A stretch of DNA of 64,000 bases from an uncultured Ignavibacteria bacterium (lineage in GTDB: Bacteria; Bacteroidota; Ignavibacteria; Kapaibacteriales; UBA2268): NCBI GenBank assembly GCA_937127445.1, contig CAKZLY010000003.1:5100-69099 (forward strand). Direction: 5' to 3'. A program made the translations under genes and the position numbers. The notes beneath the pieces were generated by a model. That model was not told where the DNA came from and ran no database searches. It worked only from the letters and a program-made list of their open reading frames with translations. This document shows, one piece after another, positions 1-10,055 of the stretch (positions are counted from its first letter, which is position 1; every line of letters starts with the position of its first letter).

Positions 1-742
1 TCCCAGTTTCTAAAGTCTCATTGTCAACTTCAATAATTTCGTTATGTTCAACCGAACGAATGTATTCAGCATTAACAATATCGAAAGCACAGGTTTCAGA
101 AGCGACAATGTAAGCATAGCGATTACTTTCTAATTTAATCCTGCCTATACTTAGAGGACGAACACCGTGCGGGTCGCGAGCTGCGAAAAGCGAGGTTTCA
201 GTCAAAATTACCAATGAGTAAGCACCGTGAGCAATTTGCAAAGCTTCCCGAATTTGTTCGAGATGAGTTTTTTTTCTGCTATGTGCAATTAGATGCATAA
301 AAAGTTCTGAATCTGTGGTTGTTTGAAAAATAGTGCCTTCATCGATTAATTTTTTTCGCAAGGATTTTGTATTAGTAAGATTGCCATTATGAGCAAGAGA
401 CAAAATTCCTGAATGATAAGTCATATTGAATGGCTGAATATTTGCACGAGTGGATGAACCAGTAGTGGAATAGCGATTATGTCCGACAGCAGACGAACCA
501 ATCAATATATCAGAAAAAATTTTGCTATCGGAAAAAACATCTAAGACAAGACCTTCACCTCTGGTGTAGGCATAACGCATTTTTTTCTTTACTTTATCAT
601 AATAGAAAGTAGAGATACCGGCGGCCTCCTGTCCCCTATGTTGCTGAGCGTGGAGTGCATAATATGTAGTCAGGGCAGCTTGAGGGTGACCATAAACGCC
701 AACAACTGCACAGTTTGGTCGAGCTTTATCTTCGAGGAACAT
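1..742 (-). CDS. purF: amidophosphoribosyltransferase (glutamine-PRPP amidotransferase), N-terminal part; the 3' end runs off the window
   Basis: Hand translation of the minus strand from the ATG at 742-740 gives MFLEDKARPNCAVVGVYGHPQAALTTYYALHAQQHRGQEAAGIS...GHNRYSTTG...LAHNGNL. This is a short propeptide, then the Cys nucleophile and Ntn-type amidotransferase motifs typical of PurF. The frame stays open to position 1, so it is absent from the ORF track. Confidence 0.85.
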   Translation of the reverse strand, partial: MFLEDKARPNCAVVGVYGHPQAALTTYYALHAQQHRGQEAAGISTFYYDKVKKKMRYAYTRGEGLVLDVFSDSKIFSDILIGSSAVGHNRYSTTGSSTRANIQPFNMTYHSGILSLAHNGNLTNTKSLRKKLIDEGTIFQTTTDSELFMHLIAHSRKKTHLEQIREALQIAHGAYSLVILTETSLFAARDPHGVRPLSIGRIKLESNRYAYIVASETCAFDIVNAEYIRSVEHNEIIEVDNETLETG

Positions 743-813
743 TTCAATTAAAACTTACTTGTTATACAAAGAACAAATTTACGAAATGATTTTGAAAATA
801 TCATTAAATAATA

Positions 814-2430
814 CTAATCTCCGTCAAATTCAAGACCGTGAATTTGAGGCAATTTAAATTGATGATTTCTGAAAGCAGAGAAAAATTGTTCGAAGGCAAT
901 AATTACTTCGCTAAATTTTTTTGTATGATGATTATAGGCAAAATCTATTCTCAAAATATGCTTAGGATTATCAGATTTATTAAAGTGGAGGCGGAGGCCA
1001 GCACCTGTTGCAAGCAAGAATTTAGATTTACTCAATTTTGTTTCCTGTCGCCAAACAGTTCCCAGGTCGGCAAAAGAGACAAAAGAAAGATTAAAAACAG
1101 ACAGAGGAATATCAGGAAAATACCTAATTTCGGTATTTGTAATTATGCGGTTGTCTCCCGCATTCTCGTAAAGTTTGTATCCACGAAGTCCTATATCACT
1201 ATCAAGAATTAGCTGCCGGATTTTTTGCCAATTCCATACAGTTTGCTGTTGAATGCGGGTAGTAAGAACTAACTTGTCGAATATTTTATAAAACAAATTT
1301 CCATAGAATTCTTGGTATGTAAAGTAACCAGATGCACGTTTGAAAGCACTCGCACCAACTAAGCGAGCAAACACATATAAATTATTTGTGTAAAACGACT
1401 TTTCGCCTTCCCCAGCTACATAGTAGAAGCTTTCTCCCCTATTACCAATAGGGAAAATTTTCCCTAAAATAGCACTACCCCACCCTCCAATTATCAAGTC
1501 TTCATAGAAATAAGCATTTACTTTATTTACAGTAAAGAAATCTTCAGAAATTGAAGAAAACCCAAAAAGTATCTTACCACAATTATCGAAAGCTCGTTCA
1601 TAATCTGGTTTTTCTCGATTTGCCTGATGATATTGTCCCACGATGCTGAAGAATACTCTATCCTGACGTGACCAAGCACGAGAGAACCATACATCAACTT
1701 TTTTTTCATCGATAGTTGTAAGAATATGCTTGTCTTTTAGATAAATAAATTCTTTTCCGTCATTAAGATTGGAGATAAAACCATATGAAAAATTATCGTC
1801 AAGAGTAAGATATTGCTTAGCTAAAGAAAAATCATATGAATTGCGAAATTTGTTAGAGAGGTATTGAGCATACAAGCTAAAATCTGTTCTAAGAAAACGG
1901 CGTTGAGCAAGTTCAAATCGAGATTGCCAGCCAATATTATTTTCCTTACGATTGAGTATTTCAACAGAAATTTTAGTCCCAGTTCCTAAAAAATTGTTTT
2001 CATCGATGGTTGCGCCATATTGAGAGAATCCACCACCAGTTTTGCCTTTTGGCACCGGGTAGAGAGACCATCTATCTTTTGTAAGCACATAAACATCGTA
2101 TAAATCTGTGCTAACACTGTCGAGTTCAATTCTAACATTTGTAAACAACCCAGTAGCGCGCAAGTTTCTTTCGGTTTCCAAGAGGTATTCCTCAGAAACA
2201 GTTGAACCTTTTCGAAAGAGCAATTCATCTTTGATAACGTATTCTTTTGTTTTAGTGTGGAAAAAGTTTAAAAAAGGGGCAGCAAAAATCCAATCTTTGT
2301 CATTTTTTTCAAATACATCGCTACGCTGAATAATTATATCATTAACAATAATATTATCTGCAAAGGCATTTGCAAAACCGGCAAGCCAAAGTATTATTAT
2401 TATTATTATTATTATTAATTTAGCTTTCAT
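814..2430 (-). CDS. Omp85/BamA-TamA family outer-membrane beta-barrel protein (bacterial surface antigen family)
   Basis: The 544-aa ORF has a signal peptide (MKAKLIIIIIIIILWLAGFANAFA). A loop-6-like IGLRGY motif sits in a long beta-rich C-terminal region. The start is moved to the ATG at 2430, because the track start at 2448 is a TTG. Confidence 0.75.
   Translation of the reverse strand: MKAKLIIIIIIIILWLAGFANAFADNIIVNDIIIQRSDVFEKNDKDWIFAAPFLNFFHTKTKEYVIKDELLFRKGSTVSEEYLLETERNLRATGLFTNVRIELDSVSTDLYDVYVLTKDRWSLYPVPKGKTGGGFSQYGATIDENNFLGTGTKISVEILNRKENNIGWQSRFELAQRRFLRTDFSLYAQYLSNKFRNSYDFSLAKQYLTLDDNFSYGFISNLNDGKEFIYLKDKHILTTIDEKKVDVWFSRAWSRQDRVFFSIVGQYHQANREKPDYERAFDNCGKILFGFSSISEDFFTVNKVNAYFYEDLIIGGWGSAILGKIFPIGNRGESFYYVAGEGEKSFYTNNLYVFARLVGASAFKRASGYFTYQEFYGNLFYKIFDKLVLTTRIQQQTVWNWQKIRQLILDSDIGLRGYKLYENAGDNRIITNTEIRYFPDIPLSVFNLSFVSFADLGTVWRQETKLSKSKFLLATGAGLRLHFNKSDNPKHILRIDFAYNHHTKKFSEVIIAFEQFFSAFRNHQFKLPQIHGLEFDGD
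2392..2417 (-). repeat. trinucleotide microsatellite, (TAT)8 on the plus strand = 8 consecutive ATA Ile codons
   Basis: Read directly from the sequence: tattattattattattattattatta. It encodes the poly-Ile core of the Omp85-family signal peptide. Confidence 0.9.
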
Positions 2431-2550
2431 AAATTTCCGAATAAACAAATAGTATGCAAAAATAACATAAAAAGATAAATAAATAACAATATGTATCGTT
2501 TAAAAACAATGTTGAATGGAATAATTGAATAATTTATTTTAAGATTAGAA

Positions 2551-4794
2551 ATGAAATTAAGTTTTGATTTAGGACTACGAAAGAAAGGCGAGTTAATCAC
2601 AGATGATTACCGCATTGGAGAAAACCCGCAAAATGATTTAACATTATTATTGAATGAATGCAAGCTACATTTACCAAAGTTTGATGAAAATCGCATAAAA
2701 AAAGCTTTTGAAATGTGCTACAATGCACACTTGAATAAATTGAGAAAATCCGGGGAACCTTTCTACACTCACCCATTAGAAGTAGCACGGATTGTAATGA
2801 AAGAAATACCTCTTGATGAAGATTCGGTTATAGCAGCACTTTTGCATAACGTTGTTGATGAAGGGGAATTGTTCAGTTATAACGATATTAGACATGAATT
2901 TGGGGCAGAAGTTGCACAAATTGTCGATGGCGTATCAAAAATAAAGTATGTCGAGAGCCAGCATATCAATAGTGAGGTACAAGCAGAAAATTACAGGCGT
3001 CTATTACTTGCATTGTTCAAAGATGTAAGAATAATCCTGATAAAACTTGCAGATAGATTGCATAATATGCGAACTCTTGAATCACTAAATAAAGAAAGTC
3101 AGGAAAGGGCATCGCGAGAAACACTTGAAATATATGCACCATTTGCTAATAGATTTGGGTTAAGAAATATAAAATGGGAATTAGAAGATTTAGCCTTCAA
3201 GTACTTACATCCCGATAAATATGAAGCGATAAGAAAGGCATTGCAGCTAACGCGCCAGGAACGTGAAGAATATATTGAAAATTTCATAAAACCTATTGAA
3301 GTGGCATTATCAAAAGATGACTTATTAAAGAAATTAAAAATAAAATACGAAATTACAGGTCGAGCAAAACATATTTACTCGATATACAATAAAACTATAT
3401 TAAGACAGAAATCGATTGATGAATTGTATGATTTATTTGCAGTAAGAGTGATTCTCGATACAGACGATAAAAATATGTGCTTTTATGTTTATGGTATAGT
3501 TGCTGGGATTTATCCACCGGTGCCGGAAACATTCAAAGATTATATATCGGCACCAAAAAAGAATGGTTATCAATCAATTCATTCAGCAGTTGTTGGACCA
3601 AGCAATAAACCTGTTGAAATTCAAATTCGAACAAGACAAATGCACCTTGTATCAGAAAAAGGTGTAGCGGCTCATTTCAAATACAAAAGTGGAATGAAAT
3701 CGAGTTCCTTAATAGAAGATGCGCACTTGCAGAAGTGGATGGACGATGTTCGCGAAATATTTGAAAATGCCGGCGACGAGAAAACACCTGAATTATTGGA
3801 ATCAGTTAGACGCAACTTATTTATTGAAGATATCTACGTTTTTACACCTGCAAACGAACTAAAGAAATTGCCGAGAGGCGCAACAGCATTGGATTTTGCT
3901 TTCGAAATTCATACCAAGGTAGGTTACCACGCAATTGGAGCAAAAATAAATGGACGGGTTGCTCCACTTTATTACAAACTTGAAAACGGCGATAGAGTGG
4001 AAATACTTGTATCGAAAAACCAAAAGCCGACAAAAGAATGGCTAAAATGGGTTACAACAAGTAAAGCAAGTCAGGCATTATTGAAATATATTAGAGATGA
4101 AATAAAGCGGTATGAAGCGGAAGGTAAACAAATTTGGACAAACAAGCTGAAAGAATTGGGCATAACGTTGAATGACGAAGAAATCGAGAAACTACTTAAG
4201 TCATTGAAATTTATACATATATCTGATTTTTATACTGCACTTGCAGATAAAACTGTTAATCAGACAAAAATTAATGATTTCTTATTGAAAAAAGTGCAAG
4301 AAATTCAAAATGATATTCCTGCTGCTGATGAAATGCACTTGTTTTTTAGTAAAATTCCAAGTTTAGAAATTCACCCAAATCTTACAATTACATATGCAAG
4401 CTGTTGCAATCCGAAACCGGGAGAAGATATAATCGCCGTAATGTTAAATAAGAATTTTGCAACTATTCACAAAATTGATTGTCCTAATGTTGGAAAAGTG
4501 TTGAATACACATAAAGAAGATTTAGCAAAAGTATCCTGGAAAGATTTGCCTGAAAAGTCATTTCTTATTGAAATACGTGTAATTGGCGATGATAGAGAAT
4601 ATATGCTGCAAGATATTACCGCATCGATAATAAAATCTGGTAATACAAGTATAAATAGTGTGAACATCAACACGATAGATACAATTTTTGATGGAGTTAT
4701 TACACTTAAAATTAGCAATGAATCCGACATAAATAGAGTATTAGAAGAAATATTAAAAATCAATGGTATAAAACAAGCAGAGGTTGTTAAGTAA
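2551..4794 (+). CDS. rel: bifunctional (p)ppGpp synthetase/hydrolase, RelA/SpoT (RSH) family
   Basis: 747 aa. It has an HD hydrolase region (HPLEVA, RLHNMRTL), a synthetase region (YQSIHSAV...IQIRT) and a TGS region (VFTPANELKKLPRGATALDFAFEIHTKVG). An ACT-like C-terminus completes it. Confidence 0.9.
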   Translation: MKLSFDLGLRKKGELITDDYRIGENPQNDLTLLLNECKLHLPKFDENRIKKAFEMCYNAHLNKLRKSGEPFYTHPLEVARIVMKEIPLDEDSVIAALLHNVVDEGELFSYNDIRHEFGAEVAQIVDGVSKIKYVESQHINSEVQAENYRRLLLALFKDVRIILIKLADRLHNMRTLESLNKESQERASRETLEIYAPFANRFGLRNIKWELEDLAFKYLHPDKYEAIRKALQLTRQEREEYIENFIKPIEVALSKDDLLKKLKIKYEITGRAKHIYSIYNKTILRQKSIDELYDLFAVRVILDTDDKNMCFYVYGIVAGIYPPVPETFKDYISAPKKNGYQSIHSAVVGPSNKPVEIQIRTRQMHLVSEKGVAAHFKYKSGMKSSSLIEDAHLQKWMDDVREIFENAGDEKTPELLESVRRNLFIEDIYVFTPANELKKLPRGATALDFAFEIHTKVGYHAIGAKINGRVAPLYYKLENGDRVEILVSKNQKPTKEWLKWVTTSKASQALLKYIRDEIKRYEAEGKQIWTNKLKELGITLNDEEIEKLLKSLKFIHISDFYTALADKTVNQTKINDFLLKKVQEIQNDIPAADEMHLFFSKIPSLEIHPNLTITYASCCNPKPGEDIIAVMLNKNFATIHKIDCPNVGKVLNTHKEDLAKVSWKDLPEKSFLIEIRVIGDDREYMLQDITASIIKSGNTSINSVNINTIDTIFDGVITLKISNESDINRVLEEILKINGIKQAEVVK

Positions 4795-6065
4795 TGAGGA
4801 AGCTGATTAAAGGAATATTTCTCAATCCAAAAGCAGATTATTCGGTGGAAGTTTGGAATAATTATTATTTATTAATTAATAATGGTAAAATAGAGAAAAT
4901 TGAGAAAAATATTGAAATAAATGAAATTCAGTTTGACGTATATTACGATTTCGAGGATAAAATAATTATTCCCGGCTTAATTGATTTACACACACATATT
5001 CCACAGTTCCGTGCAGTAGGCATTGGGAAAGGCGAATTATTAGAATGGCTGAATGATTATATTTTCCCACTGGAAGCAAAATTTTCGGAGAAAAATTTTG
5101 CCGTCAATAGCACAGAGTTGTTTTTCAAACATTTGATAAGCAAAGGGACAACTACGGCTGTAATGTATTCATCTCCGCACAAACAAGCCTGCGAAATTGC
5201 ATTTGAAATTGCCGATGAATCGCTCGTTCGGTCGTATATTGGATTGCCTTTGATGGATAGGAATACACCCGAAACTCTTCTTCAGAACACAGAGCAGGTA
5301 ATTAAAGATATTTTTTCAATTGCAAATAAATGGCATAAAAAAAATAAATGTGAATTCGTGCTTACACCGCGTTTTGCCTTATCCTGCACCGAGGAATTAT
5401 TACAAAAAGTTGGTGAAATTGCAGTATCTGAGGGTTTTTTCGTTCAGACACATCTTGCAGAAAATAAAAAAGAGGTGTATGAAGTAAATTTGCAATTTTC
5501 GGAGATTGAAAATTACACAAGCGTTTATGATAAGTATAATTTGCTGACATCGAGGACAATACTTGCCCATTGTATATATCTGAATGATGAAGAAATAGAA
5601 AAAATTCGCGCGAAAAATTGTATAATTGCCCACTGCCCTACTTCTAATAAATTTTTAAGAAGTGGAATAATGAAGGCAAAGGAATATATTAATTACGGGC
5701 TAAAAGTTGGATTAGGAACGGACGTAGCAGGTGGCTATAGTTTATCGATGCTAAATGAAGGAATGGAGGCTTGCGAAATATCGAAATTATTGTCTGTGCA
5801 GAATAACGAATCCAACGATGTGCTTGAAGCGGAAACTGTATTTTGTTTATCTACAATTAAAGCAGCTGAATATTTAAAAATTTCGGAAGATGTAGGAAAT
5901 TTTGAAATCGGGAAAAAGTTTGATGCAGCAGTTTTTGAATTATCGGAAATGTATAGAACTAACGAACTAAAAGATACAGAATTAGTTAGGACATTAATTT
6001 ACAATATAGATAACAGAACCGCTAAGGCAGTGTTTATCGACGGAAATTTAGTTTATCAACAATAG
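4794..6065 (+). CDS. guaD: amidohydrolase-superfamily nucleobase deaminase, guanine deaminase-like
   Basis: 423 aa. Metal-ligand motifs are [32 protein letters not shown] and GTDVAGG, as in guanine deaminase/ATZ-TRZ enzymes. Its start overlaps the rel stop (TAATG). Confidence 0.65.
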   Translation: MRKLIKGIFLNPKADYSVEVWNNYYLLINNGKIEKIEKNIEINEIQFDVYYDFEDKIIIPGLIDLHTHIPQFRAVGIGKGELLEWLNDYIFPLEAKFSEKNFAVNSTELFFKHLISKGTTTAVMYSSPHKQACEIAFEIADESLVRSYIGLPLMDRNTPETLLQNTEQVIKDIFSIANKWHKKNKCEFVLTPRFALSCTEELLQKVGEIAVSEGFFVQTHLAENKKEVYEVNLQFSEIENYTSVYDKYNLLTSRTILAHCIYLNDEEIEKIRAKNCIIAHCPTSNKFLRSGIMKAKEYINYGLKVGLGTDVAGGYSLSMLNEGMEACEISKLLSVQNNESNDVLEAETVFCLSTIKAAEYLKISEDVGNFEIGKKFDAAVFELSEMYRTNELKDTELVRTLIYNIDNRTAKAVFIDGNLVYQQ

Positions 6066-6073
6066 AGGTAAAG

Positions 6074-6490
6074 ATGAAAAGTTTTCGTAAAGAATTATGG
6101 TTCAATACAAGAAATAGGCGAGAATTCATCAATATTACACGGCAGGTGGAAGAATGCGTTAGAGAAAGCGGCATAAAAGAAGGGCTCGTGCTTGTTAACG
6201 CGATGCATATAACAGCATCAGTATTCATTAATGATGATGAATCTGGCTTACATAGCGATTTTGAAAGATGGCTTGAAAGATTAGCACCAGAAAAACCATA
6301 CGAGCAATATGCTCATAATGGTTTTGAAGATAATGCAGACGCTCACTTAAAGCGTCAAATTATGGGTAGAGAGGTTGTGGTTGCAATTACAGATGGCAAA
6401 CTTGATTTTGGACCGTGGGAGCAAATCTTTTATGGTGAATTTGACGGTAAGCGTCGCAAGCGAGTGTTGGTTAAAATAATTGGTGAATAG
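6074..6490 (+). CDS. yjbQ: YjbQ/UPF0047 family protein (secondary thiamine-phosphate synthase family)
   Basis: 138 aa. The stretch [35 protein letters not shown]...DNADAHLK is characteristic of YjbQ. Confidence 0.8.
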   Translation: MKSFRKELWFNTRNRREFINITRQVEECVRESGIKEGLVLVNAMHITASVFINDDESGLHSDFERWLERLAPEKPYEQYAHNGFEDNADAHLKRQIMGREVVVAITDGKLDFGPWEQIFYGEFDGKRRKRVLVKIIGE

Positions 6491-6547
6491 AAAAAAGAAT
6501 TTTGTAAAAATCCTTTATATTGGAATATATTAGTTTATTAAACAAAA

Positions 6548-6571
6548 AGGCTGTCTTAAAAAAGACAGCCT
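6548..6571. terminator. bidirectional rho-independent terminator between convergent yjbQ and the OPT gene
   Basis: A perfect 10-bp stem (aggctgtctt / aagacagcct) closes a 4-nt loop. It is flanked by an A-run upstream and a T-rich run downstream. Confidence 0.8.
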
Positions 6572-6594
6572 CAAATTTTTATAAACAGAGATTA

Positions 6595-8682
6595 TTACTC
6601 TTCTTTCTTTGCACGCATTGTTTCCCAAGCAGAGTAAAGCATAAGCAAGATAAACATCACAATAGCAAGCCATTCACCACCTTTCGAGCCATTTGCCCAG
6701 ATGTCCAGGCTTGCATCAATTTTAAAGAATTTGAGCAAAGCACCAAAGACACCAAATAAAGCAGCACCGGCAATAAATCCAGACGCAATAAGAGTTGCTC
6801 TTTGGTGGCGAGCGTTTACTAAATCTTTATCCTGCGAGGAACGACCAACAAGATAAGAAAGGAAACCGCCGACGATAAGTGGTGTGTTGAGCTGCTGTGG
6901 AATAAACATACCGAGAGCAAAAGCAAGTGGGGAAATACCAATCATATTCACAAGAATAGAAATAATTGCACCTACAAGGTAAAGCGTCCATTTAATATTA
7001 GGATTAGGCGACATAAGCGATTGAATTACAGCAGCCATTGCATTAGCCTGAGGAGCAACAAGCGGGTCAGCTTTTTGCACTTCATCTTTGTATTTAGCAA
7101 TTAATTCGGGAGCAGCAGTGTTGTTGTGAACTGCTTCGATTTGTTCTTTTGAGAACTTGCCTTGATTAATCAAATAATCATCAGGTGTGAAACCATAAGA
7201 AGAATTAAGCATAAAGATAACCAGCCCGACAGTTGCAGCAGAGACAATGGTTCCCAAAAACTTCCAAGATTGTTGTTTTCTCGGAGTAGAGCCGAGCCAA
7301 TAACCAATCTTCAAGTCGGTAATAAAGCCGCCAGCCATAGACAAGGCAGTACAGACAATACCGCCAATAATCAGGGCGCTAAGCATACCTTGTTCGCCAG
7401 TAAGTCCAACTTGGGCTAAAATGATAGAGGATAAAATCAAAGTCATTAATGTCATACCGGAAACGGGGTTTGTCCCAACAATAGCAATAGCATTGGCAGC
7501 AACAGTTGTGAAAAGAAAAGCAATAATTACAACAGTAAGCAAAGCAACAACAGCCTGCAAGATAGTAATATTTATACCGGTTGCAAGGAAAATAAAAATC
7601 GCAATTATTGTAAGCAGGCTAAACATAACGACAAAAGTCATTTGAATATCGCGTTGAGTGCGGATGTCGTCGCCGGAGGCATCTTTTTTACCTTTTCCAG
7701 TAATACCATTGTAAGCGAGTACAAAAGCACTACCTATGATTTTCGAGGATTTAAGAATGCCAATAATACCAGCCATAGCGATAGCACCGATACCGATATG
7801 GCGGACGTAATCACGGAAAATTACCTCAGGGGACATTGTAGCAAAAATATTTGTGCCATCACCAGCAGCAACACCACCGATATAGCTAACCAATGGAATA
7901 AGAACCCACCAAGCCAGTAGCGAACCCACAGTAATAATAGTAGCATATTTCAATCCGATTAAATAGCCGAAAGCAACAATCATAGCAGAAATATTAAACT
8001 GAAAAACTAATTTAACTTTTTCAGCAAGATATTCGCCGGCAGCAACAACGCGAGAAGTAAAGACTTCTTCCCACAAACGAAGAGTAGAGAACATAAAATC
8101 GAAAAGACCGCCAACCAATCCACTGGTAATTAAGATACCAGCTTGATTGCCACCTTTTTCGCCTGTAACAAGTATTTCGGTTGTAGCAGTAGCTTCGGGG
8201 AATGGGAATTTCCCGTGCATATCTTTAACAAAGTATTTTCTGAAAGGAATAAGGAAAAGAATACCAAGAAAACCACCCAAAAGTGATGAAAAGAAAATCT
8301 GGAAAAATTTTACATCAAGTTTCAAAATATAAAGAGCTGGGATAGTAAAGACAGCACCAGCAACGATAACACCGGAGCTTGCACCAATAGACTGAATAAT
8401 AACGTTTTGTCCGAGAGAATTTTTTTTCTTGGCGAAATTAGCAAGCCCAACAGCAATAATAGAAATCGGAATAGCGGCTTCGAAGACCTGCCCAATTTTT
8501 AGTCCAGAATATGCGGCGGCAGCAGAGAAGACCACCGCCATAAAAAGTCCCCAGAAGATAGACCAAAGGGTAACCTCTGGAAATACAAAGTTAGCAGGCA
8601 TCACCGGATGATATTCTTCGCCGGATTTGAGCTCACGATGAGCATTTTCAGGCAATCTACTTTTACTAATTTGACTTTCCAT
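6595..8682 (-). CDS. OPT-family oligopeptide transporter
   Basis: 695 aa and highly hydrophobic, with about 16 predicted TM segments. The N-terminal HRELKSGEEYHPVMP region and overall layout match the OPT family. It lies 16 nt downstream of pepT and has its own AGGAG RBS. Confidence 0.85.
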   Translation of the reverse strand: MESQISKSRLPENAHRELKSGEEYHPVMPANFVFPEVTLWSIFWGLFMAVVFSAAAAYSGLKIGQVFEAAIPISIIAVGLANFAKKKNSLGQNVIIQSIGASSGVIVAGAVFTIPALYILKLDVKFFQIFFSSLLGGFLGILFLIPFRKYFVKDMHGKFPFPEATATTEILVTGEKGGNQAGILITSGLVGGLFDFMFSTLRLWEEVFTSRVVAAGEYLAEKVKLVFQFNISAMIVAFGYLIGLKYATIITVGSLLAWWVLIPLVSYIGGVAAGDGTNIFATMSPEVIFRDYVRHIGIGAIAMAGIIGILKSSKIIGSAFVLAYNGITGKGKKDASGDDIRTQRDIQMTFVVMFSLLTIIAIFIFLATGINITILQAVVALLTVVIIAFLFTTVAANAIAIVGTNPVSGMTLMTLILSSIILAQVGLTGEQGMLSALIIGGIVCTALSMAGGFITDLKIGYWLGSTPRKQQSWKFLGTIVSAATVGLVIFMLNSSYGFTPDDYLINQGKFSKEQIEAVHNNTAAPELIAKYKDEVQKADPLVAPQANAMAAVIQSLMSPNPNIKWTLYLVGAIISILVNMIGISPLAFALGMFIPQQLNTPLIVGGFLSYLVGRSSQDKDLVNARHQRATLIASGFIAGAALFGVFGALLKFFKIDASLDIWANGSKGGEWLAIVMFILLMLYSAWETMRAKKEE

Positions 8683-8698
8683 TTAATCTCCTTAATAG

Positions 8699-9952
8699 TT
8701 AAATTGATTTTTCAACATATATTTTGCAGAGTTCGAGCATAGTTTCAACGGATTTTTGAAGAGCATCGATAGATACCCATTCGTTTTTAGCGTGGAAATT
8801 TTGACCACCGGTGAAAATATTAGGTGTAGGCAATCCCATTTCTGTTAAGCGAGAGCCATCTGTTCCACCGCGAATAGGTTTCCAGTAAGGTTGGACACCA
8901 GCACGAATAGCGGCTTCCCAAAGATTATCCAATACTTCTGGACATTTTTCGAGACTATCGAGCATATTTCTATATTGGAACTTGACTTCCATTTCTATTT
9001 TAGTTTTTGGATGCAGTTGTTGAACTTCGTCGATAATGTTTTGCAAAATTTTCTTTTGCTCTTCGAGGCCTTCGGTGCGAAAATCACGTAAAAGAATTTT
9101 CAGTTCGGTTTTGGAGACGCTACCTTCAATATTATGAGGGTGAATGTAGGGTTCATATCCTTCTGTAGTTTCGGGCGCCATATTTTGTGGCATTCGAGCA
9201 ATTATATCAGCCATTGCACGGATTGAATTCACCATAATGTCTTTTGCAGTTCCTGGATGAATATCTCTACCGAAAGTGCGGATAATGGCAGCATCGGCGC
9301 TGAAAGTTTCTTTGTTGAGTTCGCCGGGCATATCGCCATCAATTGTGTAAGCATATTTTGCACCAAATTTTTCAATGTCGAAGTATTTTGTGCCTTGACC
9401 TATTTCTTCATCGGGAGTGAAACAGATACGAATATCGCCGTGAAGAATATCCTGATTATTCAGAAGAATTTCGGCAAGTTGCATAATGGCTGCAACACCT
9501 GATTTATCGTCAGAACCTAAAAGAGTAGTTCCATCGGTAGTAATTATTGTATGCCCGATGCATTCATGGAGCTTAGGATTTTCTGCTTCAGTGATAACAA
9601 TAGCATTATCGGCAGGAAGGACAATATCGCCGCCTTGATAATTTTCAATAATTTGAGGATTTACGTTCGCACCACTTACATCAGGTGAAGTATCGACGTG
9701 AGCAACAAAACCTATAACGGGCACTTTCCCATAAGCCGGATGGTCAGAGGGTATATTAGATGGAATAGTTGCCATCAAATAGCATTTATCATCAAGTTCA
9801 GCGTCTTTTATACCCAAATTATTAAGTTCTTGTAATAAAACTTTTTGCAAATCGAATTGTTTCATTGTAGAAGGGAAAGTTTCGCTATTAGGGTCGGATT
9901 GAGTGTCGACTTTTACATAACGGAGAAATTTCTCAATTAGTTGCTGTTTCAT
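8699..9952 (-). CDS. pepT: peptidase T (tripeptide aminopeptidase, M20B)
   Basis: 417 aa. Motifs are FLRYVKVDTQSD, AHVDTSPD, LGSDDKSG and FTPDEEIG, the M20 metal ligands as in PepT. Confidence 0.9.
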   Translation of the reverse strand: MKQQLIEKFLRYVKVDTQSDPNSETFPSTMKQFDLQKVLLQELNNLGIKDAELDDKCYLMATIPSNIPSDHPAYGKVPVIGFVAHVDTSPDVSGANVNPQIIENYQGGDIVLPADNAIVITEAENPKLHECIGHTIITTDGTTLLGSDDKSGVAAIMQLAEILLNNQDILHGDIRICFTPDEEIGQGTKYFDIEKFGAKYAYTIDGDMPGELNKETFSADAAIIRTFGRDIHPGTAKDIMVNSIRAMADIIARMPQNMAPETTEGYEPYIHPHNIEGSVSKTELKILLRDFRTEGLEEQKKILQNIIDEVQQLHPKTKIEMEVKFQYRNMLDSLEKCPEVLDNLWEAAIRAGVQPYWKPIRGGTDGSRLTEMGLPTPNIFTGGQNFHAKNEWVSIDALQKSVETMLELCKIYVEKSI

Positions 9953-10055
9953 AATTTACCCAAATATTAATTAATAAAAAATACAAAATAAAGAATGTTA
10001 AAAATATGAATTTTTTTTTTAGTTTGCTTATATATTTTGGAGAAAATTTGTTTAT

